Shown: positions 13,381-27,502, numbered from the whole stretch's first letter. The stretch: DNA of 63,082 nt, filler included, from Choristocarpus tenellus KU-1152 (GCA_964200185.2; 9 parts of 9 records of this genome joined end to end with filler, not necessarily neighbours in it), one strand, 5' to 3'. The notes: generated by a model not told the origin, from the letters alone. Numbers and translations are program-made.

Positions 13381-13870
13381 TGAAAAGTATCTAGTAATTG
13401 AAGGAATTACCTAGAGAACGAATAAAAACTTGGCTCTTCTAAGCCACTTTGTTCGCACCCTTAGATTCAATATTCCAATCTGTTGTCACTTTTCTTTGCA
13501 TCGGTAGATAATTCCTTACAATCTATTGACACAGAGTGGTGCTTTGGAAAGATCACGATCCTGACGTTCCACAGGTCATATATATATATATATATATATG
13601 GCGAGTGGTGCTTTCTTCTGCAAGGAACCTAGCAGTGGCATAGGCGTGCCTAGAAGTTGAGCTGTCCGTTTTAGAATTTTCTAGATGGCAACCTGGTATG
13701 TCCACTGAAACAACAGGTTCTTCCATATGATTTCTGGGAGCTTTGTTCCCCGGGCATCGTAGGGGGCTGTCACTATACAAAGTCGTTCAAGAGATAGACG
13801 TGATTCCGCACAGGGGCGCTGAGGTTCTAAGAAATTTTGCGACAGGGTATATCATGGGGAAGCGCAAGTC

Positions 13871-14046
13871 GGCTCAAAGTATCTGGGGGGCGGGGTGGCG
13901 ACTGACCATTCGGGGCCCATCTTTCCATGTTGCGATTTTTGGGTGATTTCGTCGCATGCGTCGGATGGATAATGTATGTTCACTTCTCCTGGTCAGGGCC
14001 CGAATGGACACCATGGTGTAGACCCCCCCCCTAGATACTTTGCGCC
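13871..14046. mobile_element. MITE family B copy
   Basis: GGCTCAAAGTATCTGGGGGG ... CCCCTAGATACTTTGCGCC; TSD AGTC/AGTC. Confidence 0.92.
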
Positions 14047-15040
14047 AGTCCGCCCTCGCAATTTATCGAAACTGGGGGTGGTGTATTGGAAAGATCAGAA
14101 CCCTCGCGTTCCAAGGATACTTTTTGTCCGCAGGGGAGTCCTAGCAGTTGTACAGTGGCGCATATATGTTGTTGAAAGATCGGTGTGGGGATCGATTGGT
14201 CGAGTTGGAAATAATCTCGACCTGATGACGTCCAGTGAAGCAATCGGCATCGCAAGGATTCAGATTCACTCCGTTCGAAACCGTTCACGAGATACAAGTG
14301 ATATCGCACAGGGGTAGCATAATTGGGGTTATAAGGACTTTGGGACAGGCTAGATCATAGGGAAGTGCAAACTTCAAAAGAACGTGGGTAAGAGACCTAA
14401 TGCGCAAAAGGTGAAGAAGGTAAATGCCGAGTTACTACTCTTAGGTAAAGCTGCCAAACATGCCAGGATGAAGAAGTTAAAGAAGAAGACGACCGAGGAG
14501 GATGAAGAGAGCGAGCTAAGGGAGAACAATCTCATTGCTCCCCCTAGGACTGAGGGTCCCTCAGATGTTGGAGATTGTGGAGGATGTGGAGGAAGAGGTG
14601 GATGTGAAGACATGGCAGTGTGTGCAGAAAATTGAAGAAATTTTGACACAAAGCAGTTCAATGCTTCAACTCCTCGGCGGCCTAACCATTTCTTGGGTGC
14701 TGGATCACTCCCAACATTACCACCTATGCCCATACAAGCGTCTGGACATACGTTCTCTGCAAGAATATGTTTCCTTTTCTAAACCCTAATAATATTGCTA
14801 TTTTTACCCGCATGAAAACTTTCCACTTATTTCAGCAATCTTCGACACTTGTAATAAGTTCAGACCATGTTCAGTCTATCGAAATCCAAATTTCCACTCA
14901 TACCACTAGATTCTCTTTGCCATCACCTTACACCTCTATTGTGTTTTTTCCAATTGAGCAACCCTTGGAAACGTTATGCCCATACGCATATTTGTATTAA
15001 AATATTTGTAGTTCCTTCTGAAATACTGTTTGTACTCAAG

Positions 15041-16415
15041 GATAAATACCAAATTGGTGCTAGGTGCCAATGTTGCTGCTCATTGGCGTCGTCGTGCGTT
15101 GATGTCTTTGTCAAACTGAACTGGTGATACGACCAGTAGGTGCACAATACTATTTCTGACTGATTTGTAACTGCGTAGGTGGGGGCTACGTGTTACAGGT
15201 GCCCCTCAGAAGCTCACCTCCACAGGATGTATAGCTCCAATCCACGGTCTTATAGATGATGCTGATGTACGTATAGGACTCCTGATGCACAAGTCGTGAA
15301 GTATGCTGGATCTCTCACTTGGATTATCGTAAATATCATGGTATAAAAAGGAACTGGTCTCGATGTCTTATCACAATCGGGGACAATAATGACCAAATAA
15401 TAAATAAATAATCAAGAAGTATAAATATATCAAATCTAGAATTTCAATGTCATAATGGTGTTTATGAAACCACCATCAAGACATATCGCCTGTGACATAC
15501 GTGTCAACATTGCTGCTAAGTCGTAATGTATCGTTATCTTTATGCAAAGTGGACTGATGACACAACTAGGAGGAGCAAAAGAAACATCTGTTTGTAACTG
15601 GTTTATAACTGCCAACCCGAGGCTAGATGCCAATGTTGCTACTCAAGTAATCGTGTGTCAATATCTTAGTGCAAATTGAATTCGTGACATGGCCATTATG
15701 GATAATATACATATACAACTGTTTTGTAACTGCCAATGTGGGATTAGGTCCCAACGTTGCTGAATCAAGTCGTTGTGTATCGTTGTGATCTGTGCAAATT
15801 AGAATGGTGACAGACTGGCAGGTGCCACGATGTATTTGTACAAACTGGACTGATGATAAGACGGGTAGGTATCACAAAATATATCTGTTTTGTAATTGCC
15901 AGAGTGGTGGTAGGTGCCAATTATACTGCTCATGTGATGTATTGATATCTCTATGCAAATCGGACTCGTGATACGACCAGTTGTTAAAAATATGTAAATT
16001 GTTCTGTAACTGCCAACGTGGCGCTAGGTACTGATTTTGTTCTCCTTCACATATGACATACCTACTCCCATGTTGGCCAACTATCTCTTGTTTTGCTTTT
16101 CTTCAAAAGACTAGTAAATACTTTGCAACAGTTTCATGACGGTCAAGGAGGAGGTAGGTGCCACTGTTGCTACTCAACTAATTGGGAATAGACATTTTCG
16201 TGCAAATTGGACTCGTGACACGCCCAGTACGTGATAGAACATCTATTTTTTTTGTAACTGTAGTGTCGGATTAGGAGTTAGTGTTGCTGCTCAAGTCGCC
16301 GTGTATCAGTATCTTTGAGAAAGTTGAACTGGTGACACGACCAGTACGCCCTGTCGTGTATATATACAACTATTTCCTATCTCCAACCTGACGTTAGGAG
16401 CAAGTGTTGCTCAAA
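15041..16415. repeat. Diverged ~120-bp tandem array, block 2 (about 9 whole or partial units)
   Basis: Same core; unit starts near 15041, 15166, 15481, 15604, 15725, 15891, 16005, 16153 (partial) and 16253. Confidence 0.85.
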
Positions 16416-18649
16416 ATGATCAATTGTACTACCTCTACTCGTTGCTTTCTTCTTGTCCGGTGGGCTTAGCCATCTTACCACTTGTCACTCCGGCTTCCCC
16501 CTCTAATCTTGTACTGGACCCGCCTTATCGCAGAAAAAAATGAGGTCTTTTGCAACCTCGATCTTGGTTTGGCGTTTCTGTGGTGTAGCAACTGATTGAG
16601 TAGTGCAGGTGTACAACTTGTAGTTCTTGGCACACGGGCTTTGATAATCGAAACCAGATTTTCATGCAAAGAAGTCTGGTGTTGATGGCACAATTTGTTT
16701 GCAGAGAATAGGCTCAATAGCCACTGAGCCGCGAGGAAGCTCAGTGTCTACCGCGAGCAAAATGTTCCCAGCATATGTGCTCCCTTTGCTTTAATTCCTT
16801 CTACGTCAAATATTAAGAAAAACTTCACGGCTATACCGACAGTAAATGGCGTATTTCTCGAGTCCTGCATCACTCCAACAGCACCACCTATACCCACATA
16901 TGCGTCTCACATGGTTGATTGATTGAGGATATTTAATTTGATGAACATGATGCAATGGTCCTCATCGGAAACACTACTGTGCAGATGATGAAATGGAGTA
17001 GGAAACAACAAACATGCTTTGGCCCTGTGGTTAAAGACAAAGCAATAATGAGAGTAGAAAAATGCCCAATATTTCTGACAAGAAAATCAGAAATACGGAC
17101 ATGCAACAAAGAAACAATGCAATAACAATTCAGAGATGCATTTCATCGCATGTGTCAAGGCATTTCGTGTTATCATTTCGCTAAATCTGATGTAAGTTTT
17201 CGTCCACAGTGTAACGAGCACTACGATGTAGTGTTGTGCATGTTTTGGAATTGGTACTACGAGCATTACATAGTGTTGGAATTTTATTTAGTACAACCTA
17301 TGTAATTATACTGCGTTACAAGACAACATAATGAATCATAGAGTTATGGTGTTACAGCATGTTCAATTCTTGTGTTTTATTCCAGGACAGGCGGTATGGA
17401 CCCAACTACAGGAGTGAGAGCAATCTCCTCGACATGATCAAGGCACTTTCCCCAAGGTCCTGCAAACTTGGCAACACCTTGAACATCACTACCAAACTAG
17501 TTGGTGATGCTTGCTGTACGGTATAATGGCAGGCGGAGGATCTCACTGCCCAGACCACCAGGAAAGCACGTTCCTCGCCCAGGGGGCACAGAGCGACAGC
17601 AGTGAAGGTAGGGATGGGCATGCTGTAAAGTGGATGAGGTTCACTGGAGGGGTGGAGAGTACCACACGGAAGCTGGCATTCAGATTTTTTGATGACGGTG
17701 AGAGCAACGGCGGCATCGAGGGATTGGAAACTCCTTTGCAGCTTCCTACAGAGGAAATCGAGTAGGACATCGGTAAATGGAGGACAGTCAGTCAGGGTGG
17801 GTTGATGCAGTATTTTTTCCCCCTTGCCAGAAAAACAAGTGCACACTGCTGACAATTACCTTACACTAATCTTTGTACGCACAATATCATTTCGTAGTCG
17901 ATGTTGTTGTGACTGTCGTCTGCTGTGCTACATTGACAAAAATAATGTGATGTTAGCAATGTTACTTTCAAATTGTACATTCATTTATATTACATGGCCG
18001 TTTTTCTGTTCTGGAACTACAACAAATAAAATCCCATTACACCTCCTTTCCCCATTCACTTCTTCCAGAAAATATTTGCTGACCTTACGCTAGGCACCTC
18101 TGGGCAGAAGTTCCTGGGTTAGAGGGAGGTTACAGACAGAAGATAATCTCCCTTTCCTCGCGACCATTTATTCGGGCTATGCTTGGGTGCCGTGCATGTG
18201 CTGTTGAAGGTCATGCCTTCTGTGTGCCTGGGTAAGTGGTGTCTCTTGCAAGAGGGCACCGCAATGGACCCAGGTCATCCTGGGATGGTGCTCTCTTCCT
18301 AGGGGAAAACAATTCCAACACTCGAAAGAATTTGCCGGTGCTCTCAAATGAGAAGACCAACAGGCAATGCCTGATCACCTTGAAGATCCCGACTGAGAAA
18401 CTACAGACTGTGTGGAGACTGCATATTGACAGCCCCTCAGAAGATGCAACCGAAGTAGTGTGTACTTGCTACTCAGATGATACACTTGAGTGAAGTTGAC
18501 CCTGATGAAGAACGAGCTGGTTTGGAAGAGTGATGTACATAATACAATAGAGGGTCGGTGCAGGTAGGTAGTCGCCTGCTTCATGCAGTGGATCAATGAG
18601 CAAGGTCAATAGAGGATAACTCTATTCCACTGTGGTACGGGTGCAATAA

Positions 18650-18815
18650 CGCTCAAAGTATCTAGGGGGGGAGGCGGTTGTCCATTTGGGGCCAATTTTT
18701 TCATGTCGCGATTTTTGTATGATTTGGTTCCATACGTTGGATAATGAAAGTGCACTTTTCCTGGTTTTGGTCCAAATGGACACTCTGGTGTAGACCCCCC
18801 CCCCCCCCCCCTATA
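18650..18815. mobile_element. MITE family B copy, truncated at contig end
   Basis: GCTCAAAGTATCTAGGGGGG start, shared internal sequence, ends in the poly-C tract next to the linker. Confidence 0.85.
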
Positions 18816-18934
18816 TTTGGTTAAAAAAAAAAANNNNNNNNNNNNNNNNNNNNNNNNNNNNNNNNNNNNNNNNNNNNTTAATTAATTAANNNNNNNNNNN
18901 NNNNNNNNNNNNNNNNNNNNNNNNNNNNNNNNNC

Positions 18935-19127
18935 GTGAAACTATTATTCTAGCGTCCGCCACCCATCAAACTGTTGTCAACTAATACGATAAATATGTTA
19001 AACTATTATTCTAGCGTCCGACACCCATCAAACTGTTGTCAACTAATACGATAAATGCGTGAAACTATTATTCTAGCGTCCGCCACCCATCAAACTGTTG
19101 TCAACTAATACGATAAATATGTGAAAC
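18935..19127. repeat. 62-bp tandem repeat x3
   Basis: GTGAAACTATTATTCTAGCGTCCGCCACCCATCAAACTGTTGTCAACTAATACGATAAATAT at 18935, 18997 and 19059. Confidence 0.92.
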
Positions 19128-19557
19128 CAAAAGAAAATTAGGTCGATCTTGACCCCTTTTTGGAGCTTTAAGACCACTCTCGACCCTTGTGCAATATGCA
19201 CCCACTTTGCGCATGCCTCAGATGCACTTAACCCCCCCCCCTGCCCTCTGGGAGGGTGTGGCTGTCTAAGAAGACTATCTGTGATGTAAACATATTGTAA
19301 GCCAAAAGCGCCCTCCACATTACTCAATACGTATGTACCACAAGGCAATCGTAGAGTTAGGGTTAATAAAATATTTCTAATATAATAATCATTGTAGCTG
19401 GGCGCAAAAGTTGCTTGTAGCCAATCAAAAACTGTTTCCATATTGGTAAGCCAATAAAGACTGCAGCACATAGTACTACTTCTACCACAACACTAAATAA
19501 TAATAGTATTGGCAATGATGATAAGACTAAAAAAAAAAAACTAGAGCAACCACAGCA

Positions 19558-19821
19558 GAGTCAAAGTATCTTAGAGGGTAAGGCCGCGTCCATTTGGGGG
19601 TCAAAATCCAATGTTGCGATTTGATGAAATTTTGGCTATCGTGTTTGTTAGGAAGTGTCAAATATCCTTGTTCCGGACACACCTTTTCATAACGTACACA
19701 TTTTACCTACTCCGAAACATTTTGGAGTAGGAAAATGTCATTAAAAAAAACCACGGGAAGTCAAGCCACAAATGGACAACCAGGTCAAAACTCTTACCCT
19801 AACCCTAAGATACGCTCATTC
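19558..19821. mobile_element. MITE family A copy
   Basis: GAGTCAAAGTATCTTAGAGGGTA start; TSD AGCA/AGCA. Confidence 0.9.
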
Positions 19822-20476
19822 AGCATTCACAAGATAAACCGCATGTGCAGAATCGCTACTACTAATATTATTATTATTATTTGCAATGGCACCACATTAA
19901 AGATACAGATTTACCTGACAGAAAAAAAAAGGTTATGGTGTGAACTTCAACTAAAAACTAAAAAAATGTAACAAAAAAAAAGGTGACGATACTGACTGAG
20001 TGTAGCTCGAATTTTGCAAGTTGACAACTTGCTCTCTTAAAAAAAAAAAATCCAAGGTTACCGCAGTTTCAACCCAAGCTCCTTCATTCTTCAACAATAT
20101 AACTGCACACTTATATATACGTAACAATATGGTTACATCGGCACATGCTAGACTATCACAAGATCGTTATTACAGGTTAATTATTGTTATTTAATTATTG
20201 TTATTTAATTATTGTTATTTAATTATTTATTTAGTACCCTTGTGTACAAAAAGACAAAAAAAAGTATGTGCAGGGATGTGAACGGGGCTATAATATTTGG
20301 CACCAAATATCCATGGGGTTGACAGAAGGGAGTTCGTGCGGCAGCTTGAGGCTAATCAATTATGGGAATTAAGGTTAAGCCAACATGAACTCTGCCATGG
20401 CCATACCTTGCTGTACCACCAACTACATATTCCGAAGCGCAACTAACAAGCGGCGAATTCTGACAGAAAAAAAAAG

Positions 20477-20539
20477 GGAGAGAGAGAGAGAGGGAGAGAG
20501 AGAGAGAGAGGGAGGGAGAGAGAGAGGGGGAGAGAGAGG

Positions 20540-20593
<54 letters not shown>
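20477..20593. repeat. (GA)n microsatellite
   Basis: Directly visible. Confidence 0.95.
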
Positions 20594-20596
<3 letters not shown>

Positions 20597-20899
20597 TTTA
20601 CTTGAGAGCGGTTTGATTCTCACCACATTTTGATGGGATTTTCGGACAATAGTCAAGTTCCCAAAAATCACAACTTTTTATCGACAGATGGAACAAAGCA
20701 AAACTACGACATTGGCACTTCCTCCCCGATGTAAATAAAAATAATAAAAATAAAGCAGGTGTTGGATCCTTTTCAACAACTGAATATGTAGCCCAAGAAA
20801 ATTCAATCTACATATGCCATGTTTACGGACTTGTGATATTCATGTGGGGATTTTATGCCACCACAACAACTGTGAAAGGCACTGCGAATCAGAAGGATT

Positions 20900-21140
20900 C
20901 AGAAGGTTCTGAAATGGACATTAACAACAATCATAGCAGTAGTAAGTAAGAGTAGCAGTAATAAAAATAGTTCAAATAATAGTTCAAATAATAGTTCAAA
21001 TAATAGTAATAGTAACATTAATAGCACTAAGGAATAATAGAAGGTTCTGAAATGGACATTACCAGCATAGCAGTAGTAAGTAAGAGTAGCAGTAAAATAG
21101 TTCAAAAAATAGTAACAGTAACATTAATAGCACTAAGGAG
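20900..21140. repeat. A-rich imperfect direct duplication with internal (AATAGTTCAAAT)n
   Basis: AGAAGGTTCTGAAATGGACATTA..AGCAGTAGTAAGTAAGAGTAGCAGTAA..AACATTAATAGCACTAAGGA occurs twice. Confidence 0.85.
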
Positions 21141-21732
21141 TAATAATGACATAATAAAAAAAAAACACTCAAATAACTTGTTCAGTACCAAGGAAACGCA
21201 AACGTAGTAGTCCGGAAACACAATGCAACCAAGTTCAGAAATGGGAGGAAACAGATCGACCGGTCGAGCTCTGCAATAACATAAAAGTGTTGGGGGCCAA
21301 TATTGTCAGGGCCTGTACTAAGGAGACTCGATTATTCTTGGCGTCTTACAACTATACATTGCTACAAGGGACTTCCGAGTGATGAGTGAGGGATGTTGCT
21401 TATTGTCATTGCACAACTCAACCTCAACCAGGCAACGATTATGCTCTCACGAACATACACACATAAAACAAAAACATATTGTGCTAAATAATAATATTAG
21501 ACACAACTGATGCAATGGATTTATGGGAAGAACTGCCGGTGCAACAGGATACCAAGAGCACACAAAGGAGGGTATCTAATTCAACTACATACCTGATACT
21601 GCCCCAAAAGGGTAGGTGCATTTTCAAAACAGGCAGCATGTCACATCCACAACGTAACACTTAAAGCAATGTCAAGGTCCTCCTGAGAAGAAAACCAAAA
21701 AGAAGCTCAAGAATATACCTACACCAACTCAC

Positions 21733-22200
21733 CGTGCATCAATTATGAGTCCCCTGGCCTTGGCCTCCTGCATCGCCTCCATAGCACCCTCCCAAGAGCC
21801 TCTACCGCCTGCACTACGAATTGATGCAATAACAGAGTGCAACGGGTCCTCATGGTCAGCGTGGCTACCTCCCCTTCCTCTTCTTTGCTCCCCTCCCCCT
21901 CCCGCTCTGCCTTGTATCCTATTACTACTCCTTCTGCTGGCCTTGTTCCCACCCTTTCTCATTCTATCCCTGCCCCCTGCCCCCTTACTCCGGCTATTCT
22001 CAACGTTGGATTCCTCACTCATATGCCCCTGGGGTTGGGGTGGTGGCATGCCCTCTCCTGATGTGGTATGGAAAATGGTGGAAAATTGGTTATCAGCGAT
22101 AAGGCTCCCCTTTTGCAGAGCCTTCATGGTATGTTTGATTCTGAGTAGGTACATGGTTGTGCGAGTGGGGTAGGACGGGACGGGTTCCTTCTTCTGGGGT
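21733..22200 (-). CDS. Probable exon of a pentatricopeptide-repeat (PPR)-like protein
   Basis: Open frame with an R/G-rich linker, then VIASIRSAGGRGSWEGAMEAMQEAKARGLIIDAR followed by a gtgagt donor, resembling a first PPR unit. Downstream exons were not found. Confidence 0.4.
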
Positions 22201-25200
22201 CTAGGTAATGCCTTTCACCCAGGATAAGGAAGTGCTGAAGGATAAAATCGATCGGGAGAGAGGGACTAGATAGTGAGGGCGTCCATAACTGACCCAAGCA
22301 AACACAGCTGGACAGTACTCGAGAAAAGAAAAAGAAATCGACATGCACAACAAGCGCAGCGAAGTACACGACCAGCGAAGCAATCACTATGTATGTGCTC
22401 TCTTTCCACCCTATACGTAAATTACAGTAGCAAACCTTCTCTTCATCATCACATATATCCAGGGAGCATAAAAAACACGCAGATGATAGCGCCAATAACA
22501 GCTTTGGTATCATCCCATCTACCCCTCCCTTGAAGACAATATCAATCATTTCCTCGAAGAGGCCTACCATGCTGATCTTTCGTCAATATTTCGAAACGGG
22601 GAGGTTGTGTTTCCCAGTTGTGAGATTGTGTGTGTAGTGTCTCGTTCGTCTTGCTCTGCTTCAAGTGCTAAGCCCAAGCATTGAAGCGGAAGATTTTGAG
22701 TCGCCAACGATTCTCACCTCCCCCTAATGAGTACAGACGCATGGAAGAGGGCGCATTCATCGGCCTGCGACATTGCACTGTCTTGCTCCGCCCAGTCTGC
22801 CCTCGTTCCAGCATCTTGCACCTTCGATCCCGATATCGAGTTTCCCTGTCCTTAGTCGCACAGGAGCATCGAAAGATGGAAAGGGTCGTCCATTGGTCAA
22901 AGTGCACTAAAGATGAAACTGTAGCAAGGTCAACGGTCAAGCCAACCATAGCAAGAAGGAGGCTATGAGTCGCCATGTTCAAAGTGCTTGTTGTTGGCAT
23001 GTAAGTTGTTGGTACTATTGAACAATTTGACCTCTCTAGCCCTGTGGCGCCACAGAACGCTCCTTGTAACTTTGGGGTTCTTAGCAGTGGTTCGAAGGTG
23101 CTGTTACTTTGTACAATTTAGGGGGTTTTAAACCCTTCAACGCGGACTTCTTTTCACAGAAAACCTGATTCCGAGTATACTATTCCAGATGCCAAGGTCC
23201 ACAAAAATCCCAGACCAAGATCAAGGTGGAAACTTCAGGACAGATCCGCCAGAAGTTTCGAGGGAAAGAGAGGAGGAACTAGAGGTGGGAGTACTGAACC
23301 CAACGTGCGAGTAGTAGCAAGGCAGGAATAGAAGCAGTACGATTAGTCGTACTTGTACTTCAACAGGAAGCCAGTAGATAGTGTGTATGAGGAGATGGGC
23401 ATCCAATTCGCTCAGTGGTTACGATGGCAGGTACCCGCTTTAATTTCTTCAAAAAATTAAAACCTGCTCGACTCCAGATTTCATTTTCACCGAAATCTGG
23501 TTTCCGTGATCCTTTTTCTATTTTGCAAGCATAAAGGATATACATATATGCTACCCTGTCTGTCCTTATACCAAAACTACGCCGGACCGAGATCGAGGTG
23601 GAAATTTCGTGGGGGGGTCCAGCACAAGACTCGACAGAGAAGATGGAGCGACGACTGGAGGAGTGTTAGCAGTAGTATTACCAGTACCAGTAGTACCAGT
23701 ACCAGTCTGTGCTATTAGTACAGCGAAATATCATCCCCTCAGATCAAGACGAGGAGGGCATTGGGTGGGAAAACAACCTAGCAATGAAATATAGAAGTTA
23801 TCGGGAGTGAATACTTGGTATCAGGTGTTGTGCTGGTGAGTGCACGAAAGAAGCCCCTACATATTTGTCATCACGCCATGGAGACTAATACAAAAATTTC
23901 ACGGGCTCGATTTCGCATCACCAGAAGTAGAATAATACATTCAAATACACTCAGAAACTAGTTCTTGCTAATAGAACTGAAAAGGGAGTCGCGACAGGCT
24001 CAGGTCAGAAAAAAAAAGTGTTCTTTGAAATATGGTGGTGAGTCTGGACTGCTCTGAGAGCAAAGAGACACGTTAAGAAATGATGGTGGTGATACTTTGA
24101 GGTAGTCTTGAGAATGACAAGTCTATCAATATTCAACCCCATAATAGTGCCGAATCCTCCACCTATTATAGAAGTGCACAACGCTTACTGATTCACAAAC
24201 GTTATCTTTGTAGATGGAAGCGGAAGGAGCAATAATTTGTTCGACAGCAAATGAAAAGAAAAAAGAACCACTGGATGGTATCCTCCAGCAAGAAACATCA
24301 ACTTGATCTTAACGAAGGACCGGATTATTTTACTGGGCTTACACGTTTGAAAAGATTGATTATGTTGGCTGTTGTGTGGAACCAGAAAGATGTGCCACAG
24401 GAATGAAACGCAATCGAGGTATCGAGGTATCTACAAGAAGAAGAGGGATACGGCAGATTGTGACAAACTCCCAGGGGCACCTCATTGGTGGCATATGCTG
24501 GCAAATAGCTTTTCAAGAATGTCACATGGAAACTAACTGCAGTAAGGGGATGAGTGTGAATTTGTGGGTCCATGAAATCTCTCGAAATAGAAAAACGCTC
24601 CTCAATCCCACCTCAATAGGGATGTCCTCTCCGCCGTGTGATTTAATAGTCAATCTTCACTACACTACACTACACTTACTACAATTTCACATTGTTCGAA
24701 AATACTTATTCGCCCTCAGGCAGGTCAAGATGGGATAAAAACTAACAACGAATTATGGATAATTTAACATTTCAAAGCTTTGGTTATAGGTATCAACGTA
24801 TAAAAAACAAGGGAAGAAATTTTGAGATAATAAGAAGTGCAAAACAATTCCAAACTCCTTTCGTTGAGTATCTCATGAAAGAAGACTGAATTTACATCAC
24901 ATCATTCTGGATTGAGCAACCAAGTATACTGAATTCACGTCGCATCATTCTTTGTGCAATATAGGCTAGGCAGTCTATAGGGAATTATATATTTAGTGAA
25001 CAGTGGAATAAAATAGAAGTATTGACTAAGTGGAGTAAGGGTCAAGGACTTGGTTTGATGTTTTTTGAGATGTAGGTTCGAGTCTCGATGGGGTGGTTTC
25101 TTATTTTGTTAATATAAGTGGCTGACGTAGTGTGACTGACACAGAAACATTTTGACGTGTCTGTTGACGTGCACAATAGATAATAATATAAGGAAGAGCA

Positions 25201-27502
25201 CCCCACCACCAAGGGCTGTGCTCACTCCCACCACCAAGGGNNNNNNNNNNNNNNNNNNNNNNNNNNNNNNNNNNNNNNNNNNNNTTAATTAATTAANNNN
25301 NNNNNNNNNNNNNNNNNNNNNNNNNNNNNNNNNNNNNNNNGCGTCATCGTGACATACCACCCCCACTGCGGAGACCACGTTCCTGTCCCAACTCCACCTC
25401 CTTCACCCATCAGAGGCGAAATTCCACTGCCGGCATTGCTGCTAACATTGCCTGTTTCCCACCCCCAGTGAAAAGCAGCAAGAGCAGATATCCAACCAAG
25501 ATCGAGGTCTCAGAGTGAAGGTAGTGCAAAACGAAATATGAAGAATGACTGTACCATCTTGTGGTATTGAGACAACTGGTTAACTTCCCCCTTAGTAGCA
25601 TCCTCTACTCCCTTCATCTTTGTGCAGCTTGAGGAATCCACGGCATGCCCGCTGAGCTACACAATGCCACCGAACGTGGGAACTCAGAAGATGAACACCT
25701 ACCAAAGCAAAACCCAGGCAGGGGTTCTAATCTCACACCATCTTCCAAGACAGACTGATCAGGGCTGGTTCCCCTGCCTGGATTCTGATCCAAAATCACC
25801 CATTCTCGATTTAGTTGCACTGTCTGCCCACTACTTCACCAGTCTTGCAGGAAACATAAAACTCTGGACTTTGGTTTGGGAAAGTAAGGAAGGAGTGTAT
25901 CTACTCACCTACACACCTACACCTACACACACACATATCAATAAACAGAGTGCTAACTGTGTTATGTGGCTCAGTGAATATCCCCTTAGTCTACAAATCG
26001 AACAGTGATATAGGGAGCGGAAAGATAGTTTTGTGGTCAAATGAATGTACGTTTTACCTGTTTGAGGCTTACCACCAAAAGGATACTGCCAGTTCCTACG
26101 CGACTCATCACATGGTCAAAATGTGCATGAGAAGGTGTAAAAATCCATACCATCCTCTAGAAGGATATACTCAAGTGCTTGTATCCCTTCCATGTCATGA
26201 GGGGAGTACAAAATACTTCCAACTGGTTAAAAAAAACAACTGTATTCACATACCTTAATCTTGTTCATCTTAAGAGTGATGCCTCTATCCAAAGTACAAT
26301 ATATCAAAGCTACACACCACCTATATATATATATATATATATCCAGACCATATTTCTCACAAAAACTAAATTTCTCACAACATGTTCTTAGCATGAATAC
26401 TATTTTCACTTCTCATCAGTCACAAATGCCAAACATTTTTCAGTCCTCTTCACTGCACGGAGTGGTCAAGGATAGGTTTTACACAGAAGCAAAAGGTGGA
26501 GCACATGCCTATTGAACTCAACAAAATGCACTGCTTAGATTCTGCACTCCAAGAAATATATGTTAGGGTTCAGAAAGACCTTGAGAGACCAATGCAATCA
26601 CTACTACTGCACCTGATGACTGACTGCAGTCTCTCTGTGAGGATGTGCCTGCCTTGCTGACCGGATGAGTCGATGCCTCCTCACTCTCTTCCTCCCCCAC
26701 TCCCTGACCTCAACCACAGGGGTTACAGGGAGGGCGTTTAACACATTTATCATTGAACCTTGGATCCCTACTAACAGCAAAAAAATCTGAGTGTTTATGC
26801 TGGCAATTTACTTCATACATAACACGGATATATGTAAGGAAACTGTTCTCCTTTTCTTAACAGCAAGATTTTTTTGTTGTTAATTACATCAGGCAGTACG
26901 CAGGAACATGAAAAACATTCACCTTATTTTTTCTAGTACAGAAATGACGGATCACTGTTTTCATCAAAATGATCGTGAATGTAAGACTTTATTCTAATCA
27001 ATAGTCCGGAGTATCAAAACAGTACTATTTTGCCAAATGGTAAATAAGAGGCAACACTACATCATGCTGCCAGTAAGCACGGCCTTGTCAGGTTGGAAGG
27101 ATACATGGTTGCGGTAATTTGTGGTCGATAAATTGATGTGTTTACTACATCTGTGCGACTGCACGCATACTGCAAGCATGGTTATGACTACCACAGCAAC
27201 CGTGAACATGAGTGATAGTTTCAACCAATCTGAAGAGGACCTTTCCCTTGGCTGTGAGAATAAACACAAAAAAGTATCTGATCTGCAGCCTGAACCCATA
27301 AAACCAACAAGACAATGAAACTCCAGCAAAGAAACCAAAAAGGAGACAGATATATGCAGACCTGACCCCCCCCCCCCCCCCCCCCCCCATACTATCGCAA
27401 CACCATGGATGTCGATTGCACCTACCACCACAAAAACAACAACAACAGCACTGTCTTCCTAGTCCCAGCCCTAACCCCAATCCACACCACACCCGCATCT
27501 CA

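Noticed and set aside
12767-16415. CRISPR array interpretation of the repeat/spacer pattern
   Set aside because: Repeats are ~95 nt and highly diverged, the context is eukaryotic, and no cas-like motifs were seen.
20385-20671. RE- and SL-repeat ORFs
   Set aside because: Translations of the (GA)n microsatellite.
25015-25095. tRNA/SINE-like boxes (TGACTAAGTGG ... GGTTCGAGTCT); also GGTTCAAATCC at about 34835
   Set aside because: No cloverleaf or acceptor stem could be folded; at most a degenerate SINE head.
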